In this document: positions 59,077 to 64,000 of the stretch, piece by piece | How positions within the stretch are numbered: the first letter of the stretch is position 1 | Layout of the letters: each line of letters begins with the position of its first letter | NCBI GenBank assembly: GCA_009773755.1 | Contig: WSZJ01000001.1 | Coordinates: 17,158 to 81,157 of the forward strand | Origin: Planctomycetota bacterium | GTDB lineage: Bacteria > Planctomycetota > MHYJ01 > WSZJ01 | Length of the DNA stretch: 64,000 nucleotides | Direction: 5' to 3' | Notes under the pieces: generated by a model | What the model saw: the letters and a program-made list of their open reading frames with translations, nothing else | Databases searched by the model: none | Told to the model about the DNA's origin: nothing | Translations under genes and position numbers: made by a program

Positions 59077-59211
59077 CCCCCTCACGCGCGCGGCCCCCGC
59101 CCGTATCCCTTTCTCACATTGCTCACCGCCCGCCCCTCGCTTACATTCCCCCCCCTTCTACAAACCAACGCGGCCGGTCACCGACCGCAACCGCACACTG
59201 ACCGCACCGGA

Positions 59212-59231
59212 GCCCGCGGCATGCCGCGGGC
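59212..59231. promoter_or_regulatory. Perfect 20-bp palindrome GCCCGCGGCATGCCGCGGGC upstream of the 59267 gene
   Basis: The sequence gcccgcggca|tgccgcgggc lies about 35 nt upstream of the ATG (RBS aggagg at 59256-59261). Confidence 0.4.
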
Positions 59232-59266
59232 CTGCCACTCTTAGAAATCTCATCTCAGGAGGAACC

Positions 59267-60187
59267 ATGCGTCTTTTCGGCATCACCGCCCTCGCCGCAG
59301 CCCTCGCGCTTCCCGTCCTCGCCGACCCCGTCGAGATCAAGCTCGGCGTGAAGCAGGGCGACAAGATCACGCGAATCGGGGAATTCGGCGGCAAGGGAAA
59401 GCTCGCGGTCAAGATGGGCGAGCAGGAGCAGGAACTCGACTGCATCATGGGCGAGTCGAGCGTCATTGCGGAAGAGGTGCTGGAAGCGAAGGACGGGCTG
59501 CCGACGAAGCTGAAGCGGTACTACTCGAAGAACTACAACGTCGAGCAGATTCCGGACATGGGGCACGACCAGTCCAAGGACAGCACCCTGCTCGGCAAGC
59601 TGCTGACGCTGGAAGTCAAGGACGGCAAGCCCGTGACGACGTTTGAAGGCGCGGGCGAGGCGGAGGCGAAGGAGCTGAAGAAGGAGAAGACGGGGCTCGA
59701 AATCGACTCCGCGATGGTCCCGGGAAAGGCCGTCAATGTCGGGGACTCGTGGGAAGCCGACCCGGAGAAAGCCAAGAACGCGTTCGGCGGCGACGAGGGC
59801 GAGGAGATTTCCGAGGCTTCGCTCGCGTGCACGCTGGAGTCGCTCGAGGAGAAGTACGGGCAGAAATGCGCGAAGATCCAGGTCAAGCTCACGACCAAGG
59901 GAACCCGCACGGAAAACGGCCAGAAGATGAAGGTATCGCTTTCTCTCGAAGGTCCGGTCTGGTTCGGGCTGACGGCGGGACGCACGCTGGGGATGGATCT
60001 CGAGGGGAAGCTGAAGTCGAGCGGCGACCTGCCCGGCGGCCAGAAGATGAAGCTGACGATCAGCATCAAGGCGAAGGCCGAGTCGAAGACCGGCGTGGCG
60101 GATTTCAGCGCGAAGCCCGAGCCGGGCGGCGGCGAGGAAGAGGGCGAAGAAGAGGAAGAGGAGAAGGAAGAAGGCAGCGGGAAATAG
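59267..60187 (+). CDS. Secreted hypothetical protein with an acidic C-terminal tail (paralog 1)
   Basis: Signal peptide MRLFGITALAAALALPVLA. Motifs are EEVLEAKDG and GDSWEADPEKAK. The tail reads GGGEEEGEEEEEEKEEGSGK. Confidence 0.6.
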   Translation: MRLFGITALAAALALPVLADPVEIKLGVKQGDKITRIGEFGGKGKLAVKMGEQEQELDCIMGESSVIAEEVLEAKDGLPTKLKRYYSKNYNVEQIPDMGHDQSKDSTLLGKLLTLEVKDGKPVTTFEGAGEAEAKELKKEKTGLEIDSAMVPGKAVNVGDSWEADPEKAKNAFGGDEGEEISEASLACTLESLEEKYGQKCAKIQVKLTTKGTRTENGQKMKVSLSLEGPVWFGLTAGRTLGMDLEGKLKSSGDLPGGQKMKLTISIKAKAESKTGVADFSAKPEPGGGEEEGEEEEEEKEEGSGK

Positions 60188-60207
60188 TCGGACGACAACT
60201 CGACAAC

Positions 60208-60238
60208 GCGGAGGCGGATGACGCCTCCGCGTTTTTTT
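60208..60238 (+). terminator. Rho-independent terminator
   Basis: gcggaggcg-gatga-cgcctccgc followed by TTTTTTT. It lies 20 nt after the stop at 60187. Confidence 0.65.
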
Positions 60239-60280
60239 GTCGATCGACTTTCGGGCCGACTGCGCGATTACACTCGCCCC

Positions 60281-61159
60281 ATGCCCCGGACGGCACTGGC
60301 CGCAGCACTTCTTCTCCACTCCGCGTTCGCGGCGGCGGAAGACGCCGCCTCCGTCGAAATCCGTCCCGGCGTCAAGACAGGGTCGAAGATCACTCGCACG
60401 ACGGAGACGCGCGGCAAAGGGACGATCACGCGGGAGTCCGACGGCGCTTCGACGGATTTCGAATGCACGATGTCGGGAGTCGAAGAGCTGGCCGAAGAAG
60501 TGCTCGAGGCGAAGGACGGGCGCGCCCTGAAGGCGAAGCGCCGCTACGAGCGAAAGGAGTCGGTCTTCGAGGTGCCGTCGGTCGGCAGGAAGGAGGAAAA
60601 GGCCAGCTCCCTGCCCGGGCGTGTGCTCACGTTGGAGCGAAAGGACGGAAGAACGCGGGCGACGAGCCTGGAGAAAAACGTCGAACCGAGAGATCTTGCC
60701 TCCGAGACGCTGGACGACGAGTGGGATGTGCCGGTCGCGGCCCCGGGACCGGTTGCCGTGGGAGATACATGGAAGCCGGACGGCGCCGCCGTGAAAGCGT
60801 GGGCCTCGGCGCGGGGGCGGACGGTGGAGGAGGCGTCGCTCGAGTGCAAACTCGCGGAGATCGCGCCCTTGGAAGGACGGAGCTGCGCGAGACTCGAGAT
60901 CGAATTCGCTGCCAAGGGGACAACGAAACCGGGTGAAAGGCAGCCGGAGCAGAGAGTCGCGTGGACGCTCAAAGGCAACGTCTGGTGGAGCCTCGACGAC
61001 GCGCGCGTGGTGGCGTTCGACCTGAAGGGAAAACTGACGCTCGAGTGGGAGATCGAGGCAGCGGCTGGAAAGCCGGCAGAGAAGTGGAGGAGTTCCATGA
61101 AGATCGGGCTGGAGGGGAAGAGCGCGCCGGGGGAGGCGGAGTTTTCGGATACGAAGTGA
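60281..61159 (+). CDS. Secreted hypothetical protein (paralog 2 of 59267-60187)
   Basis: It starts at MPRTALAAALLLHSAFAAAE. Blocks shared with paralog 1 are EEVLEAKDG, VGDTWKPDGAAVKAW versus VGDSWEADPEKAKNAF, and ASLECKLAE versus ASLACTLES. Confidence 0.6.
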   Translation: MPRTALAAALLLHSAFAAAEDAASVEIRPGVKTGSKITRTTETRGKGTITRESDGASTDFECTMSGVEELAEEVLEAKDGRALKAKRRYERKESVFEVPSVGRKEEKASSLPGRVLTLERKDGRTRATSLEKNVEPRDLASETLDDEWDVPVAAPGPVAVGDTWKPDGAAVKAWASARGRTVEEASLECKLAEIAPLEGRSCARLEIEFAAKGTTKPGERQPEQRVAWTLKGNVWWSLDDARVVAFDLKGKLTLEWEIEAAAGKPAEKWRSSMKIGLEGKSAPGEAEFSDTK

Positions 61160-61169
61160 TTGAAGCGAT

Positions 61170-61300
61170 AGGGGCAAGCGGGCGGGCGGGCAGGCGTGCG
61201 GGCGGGCGGGCAGGCGGGCAGGCGGGCAGGCAAAGAACAATCCTCCCCTAATAACGGAGGGTATTTTTTTCGCCCGCTCGCCCGCTCGCCCGCCCGGCTT
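61170..61300. repeat. GGGC-tetranucleotide-rich G-tract array, weak hairpin plus T-run, then complementary C-rich array (imperfect long inverted repeat; possible terminator and G4 motif)
   Basis: The G-rich arm is gggcgggcgggcaggcgtgcgggcgggcgggcaggcgggcaggcgggcaggc (61175-61231). A small hairpin cctcc..ggagg plus TTTTTTT follows (61242-61270). The C-rich arm is cgcccgctcgcccgctcgcccgcccgg (61271-61297). Confidence 0.5.
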
Positions 61301-61387
61301 CCCATTTCTCATGGCCTTGCCCGCTTCGCTATACTCGCCCCACTTCCAGCGCCCGCCAGGAATCGGGCGCCCCTCTTGAAAGCCCTC

Positions 61388-62689
61388 ATGCGCCGCCCCT
61401 TGCTTGTCGCGCTTCTCTGCCTTTGCGCTTCCGCTTCGGCCCTCGCCGACAAGGTGACGATGACCGACGGCCGCGTTTACGAAGGCCGGGTTCTGGCCGA
61501 GAACGACAAGGAAGTGAAAATCCGGACGGCGAAAACGACGTTGACGGTCCCGCGCAACCTCGTCGCGCGGATCGACCTGGGGGCGTCGCTGCTGGACGAC
61601 CGGGACAAGAAGCTGGAAGCGCTGGAGACGTCGCGGCCGGGCGAGTACCTGGACGCGGCGGAGTGGATGCTGGGTTCGGGGTCGGCGGTCTGGGACCCCG
61701 AGATGTTCCGGCGGTTGTGTGCGATTCCCGTGGCGCTCGACGCGAATGCGGCTTTCCGGGCGAACCTGATTCTCGGGCGCGGCTGGGATTCTCACGGGCG
61801 GCCGGATGACGCGGCGGAGGCGTGGCTGCGCGCGGCCGCGGCGGACCCGGTGAACTCGGATGCGCGGAAGCTGGCGAAGGGAGCGAAGGCGACGCGCGAG
61901 GCGGCGGCCAGGCGCAGCATCGAGGCGCTTCGAGACGGCCTGAATCGCGCCGGGAACGGAGACATCGAGGGAGCGATTCCGCTGATCCGTTCGGCGAAGG
62001 GAGGGCCCGGCGCTGAGGTGGCCGAGAAGGCGCTGGGGAGAACGCTGGAGTCGCTGATGCAGAACCTGCAACGCCGCATCGCGTGCAAGTCCTGCGACGG
62101 CGGCGGACAGATCGCGTGCCCGCTCTGCAAAGGCACGGGGACGCTCGATTGTTCCGAATGCGGCGGCGACGGCCTCCGCACGGGGTTCAGAGTCGGCATC
62201 GACGAGCAGGGATTCGAGGCGCTCGTCTGCCGGGCGTGCTATGGCGTCGGCGACGTTCTGTGCCCGAACTGCAAGGCGGAGCGCGACCTGATGTTCGTGA
62301 CGGGGACGAAGGAGAACGAAGAGAAGAAAAGGGAAAAGACCGGACCCGTCGTCCACACGACCGCGGGCCATGAAGTCCAGGAGATCCGAAAGCAGATCAA
62401 CCTGCGGAACTACACCTCCGGCAGTTCCAAAGTCCTGGAAGTCATCGCGAGCCCGGTGGACCCGGGCGGAAAGCGCACCTGCCCGGGATGCCTCGGAATC
62501 CCCTTCGACCCGCCTGCTGAGACACTGGATGGCAAGAGTCTCGCGAGCGCGGCCAAAGAGCTCGACACCCGGCTCGCCAACAACGCTCCGCTTCTCCCCG
62601 ATGCACCTCCCGTCGAGCTTTACGAATCCGAACTCATCGCCGACCGCGCGTGGCTGTACACGAACGGCCGGTGGGTCAACGGAAAGTAG
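61388..62689 (+). CDS. Secreted protein with DnaJ-type CxxCxGxG zinc-finger repeats
   Basis: It starts at MRRPLLVALLCLCASASALA. The Cys-rich central module is CKSCDGGGQIACPLCKGTGTLDCSECGGDG...CRACYGVGDVLCPNCKAE. Confidence 0.6.
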   Translation: MRRPLLVALLCLCASASALADKVTMTDGRVYEGRVLAENDKEVKIRTAKTTLTVPRNLVARIDLGASLLDDRDKKLEALETSRPGEYLDAAEWMLGSGSAVWDPEMFRRLCAIPVALDANAAFRANLILGRGWDSHGRPDDAAEAWLRAAAADPVNSDARKLAKGAKATREAAARRSIEALRDGLNRAGNGDIEGAIPLIRSAKGGPGAEVAEKALGRTLESLMQNLQRRIACKSCDGGGQIACPLCKGTGTLDCSECGGDGLRTGFRVGIDEQGFEALVCRACYGVGDVLCPNCKAERDLMFVTGTKENEEKKREKTGPVVHTTAGHEVQEIRKQINLRNYTSGSSKVLEVIASPVDPGGKRTCPGCLGIPFDPPAETLDGKSLASAAKELDTRLANNAPLLPDAPPVELYESELIADRAWLYTNGRWVNGK

Positions 62690-62698
62690 AAAGAGCGA

Positions 62699-64000
62699 AT
62701 GCCCCGGCCTCTCCTCGCCGTCGTTTTCCTCGCCGCCGCTTCCGTCGCGCGCTCGCAGAACGCGCTTCCGGAAGCGAAGCTCAAGGAGTTGAAGGAAGCG
62801 ACCGTCCTGGTGAAGACGGTCGCGGAGAAATTCCAGTCCACAGGAACCGGATTCCTCTTCATGAAGGACGGCGACGCCGGCTTCATCGCCACGAACGCCC
62901 ACGTCGTCGCGGTGCCGGAGGGGGCGAAGCGGCAGGTGTCGGTCGTGTTCTACAGCGGGACGAAGGACGAGTGGGTGGCGGAGGCGGTGCCGATCGGGGA
63001 GGACCCGGAGCGGGATCTTGCGATCCTTCGGGTCTACAAGTCGAAGCTGCCGAAGCCGCTGTCGATCTCGGTGAAGGCGAAGGTGCGCGAAACGACTCCG
63101 GTCTACATCTTCGGATTCCCGTTCGGGGAGTTGCTGGCGACGTCGGAGAAGCACCCGGCGATCACGGTCGGGCGCGGATCCGTGTCGAGCCTGCGGACCG
63201 GCGACGACGGCGAAGTCGCGATCATCCAGATCGACGGCGACATCAACCCGGGGAACAGCGGCGGCCCGATCGTGGATGTCTCCGGCTCGATCGTCGGCGT
63301 GACGGTCGCGAAGGTCGAAGGGACGGGAATCGGCTTCGCGATCCCGCCTCGCGAACTCGACCTCATGCTCCTCGGCCGCATCTCGGGTGTCCGCTTCAAG
63401 CAGATTTCCAACGCCGCCGGGACGATGAAGGTGGAAGTCAACGTGACCCTCATCGATCCTCTCGGGAAGACACAGGGCGTCGCGATCTACTTCGTCCAGA
63501 AGGATCGCGCCAAAGGGGGCGAACCGGCCAAGGGCGGGGCTTTCGCGCCGATCGGCCCCGACCCCCTTGCGTACTCGCTCCCGGTCGCCCAGGGCTTCGC
63601 GCGGGGAGAAGTCACCCTGTCGGGCGATCCTTCGAAGGACGTCGTGTTCCTGTACCAGCTGAAGCGTTCCGGGGCGACGGGCACGTCGGTTTACTATCCG
63701 CCCGGCGAATTCCTCGCGCGCTTTTCGGGAAGCGAGCCGGACGTGAAGCCGCCGGGCGACAAACCGGAACCCGACGTCGCACCCAGAAATCTCGCGGGGA
63801 CGCGCAAGACGATGGTCGACGCCGTCGCGACGGAAATTGTCCTCGACCCGAAAACCACCCTGCCCTGCCTTTTCTGGTCGCAGGACGGAGCAAAACTCTA
63901 CGCCGTCGAGCAGTCCGGCGTCGTTCACCGCATTTCCTGGCCCGAGCTGGAGGACGAGAAGCGGCTCGCGACGCGCGAAACGTGTTCGTGGGCGGGGCTG
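62699..64000 (+). CDS. Secreted trypsin-like (S1/DegP-like) serine protease, 3'-truncated by the window end
   Basis: The ATG is at 62699 and there is no stop before 64000. Motifs are TNAHVV (His), DLAILRV (Asp) and GNSGGP (Ser). Confidence 0.8.
   Translation, partial: MPRPLLAVVFLAAASVARSQNALPEAKLKELKEATVLVKTVAEKFQSTGTGFLFMKDGDAGFIATNAHVVAVPEGAKRQVSVVFYSGTKDEWVAEAVPIGEDPERDLAILRVYKSKLPKPLSISVKAKVRETTPVYIFGFPFGELLATSEKHPAITVGRGSVSSLRTGDDGEVAIIQIDGDINPGNSGGPIVDVSGSIVGVTVAKVEGTGIGFAIPPRELDLMLLGRISGVRFKQISNAAGTMKVEVNVTLIDPLGKTQGVAIYFVQKDRAKGGEPAKGGAFAPIGPDPLAYSLPVAQGFARGEVTLSGDPSKDVVFLYQLKRSGATGTSVYYPPGEFLARFSGSEPDVKPPGDKPEPDVAPRNLAGTRKTMVDAVATEIVLDPKTTLPCLFWSQDGAKLYAVEQSGVVHRISWPELEDEKRLATRETCSWAGL

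Noticed and set aside
61170-61300. A possible CRISPR array suggested by the repeated GGGCGGGCAGGC units.
   Set aside because: The units are 4-12 bp with no unique spacers of 25-40 bp and no cas genes. It is a simple G-tract microsatellite, not CRISPR.

Overview
This is a high-GC (roughly 65-70%) bacterial chromosomal window with densely packed genes on both strands. No rRNA, tRNA or CRISPR array was recognised. All coordinates and calls come from reading the sequence and the ORF track; no database search was possible.

(1) Positions 1-13.8 kb on the minus strand carry a heavy-metal efflux island. It holds two CusA/CzcA-type RND pumps, a CusB-like adaptor and a 745-aa tandem-duplicated adaptor. 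It also holds a di-heme c-type cytochrome with a Cys/His-rich tail, a YHS-domain protein fused to a cytochrome c'-like domain, a His-rich lipoprotein and a small CCC-motif Cys-rich secreted protein. I flag this cytochrome-coupled efflux operon as a candidate undescribed system.

(2) Positions 14-30 kb hold mainly housekeeping and signalling genes. These are a CBS protein, a formate/nitrite-family transporter next to a sigma-54 activator, a GGDEF cyclase, RlmN, IspD, IspF and CysS. There are also two paralogous outer-membrane barrels, a beta-helix protein, a Ser/Thr kinase, a tandem pair of secreted paralogs and an SCP2 protein.

(3) Positions 30.2-32.1 kb hold the most striking object. A lipoprotein with a heavy-metal-associated (HMA) fold has both cysteines of its MxCxxC metal-binding motif replaced by in-frame TGA codons (M-E-TGA-S-P-TGA). 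Two perfect hairpins lie just downstream. I interpret this as a selenocysteine UxxU metal-binding protein. It sits in an apparent operon with an outer-membrane beta-barrel and a small CCC-motif secreted peptide.

(4) Positions 32-46 kb carry an acetyl-CoA hydrolase-GNAT fusion, an OprO/P porin, a methyltransferase, a second sigma-54 activator with a perfect -24/-12 promoter in front of a small secreted protein, a SIMPL protein, a PQQ-like beta-propeller, CutA and a coiled-coil protein. They also carry two tandem Ntn-asparaginase paralogs, the second broken by a 28-bp tandem duplication, and a DUF4258/YgiT-zinc-finger toxin-antitoxin-like pair next to a lower-GC hypothetical gene.

(5) Positions 47-55 kb hold two tandem giant TPR/transglutaminase-like (DUF3857-type) paralogs. 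A 167-bp MITE-like element with perfect 33-bp terminal inverted repeats lies between them.

(6) Positions 55-64 kb hold a lipid operon (acyltransferase, rhomboid, FabZ-like, ACP) and AT-rich islands in the divergent promoter regions. They also hold two tandem secreted paralogs with terminators and a GGGC-repeat G-rich/C-rich inverted block. The window ends with a secreted DnaJ-type zinc-finger protein and a partial trypsin-like protease.
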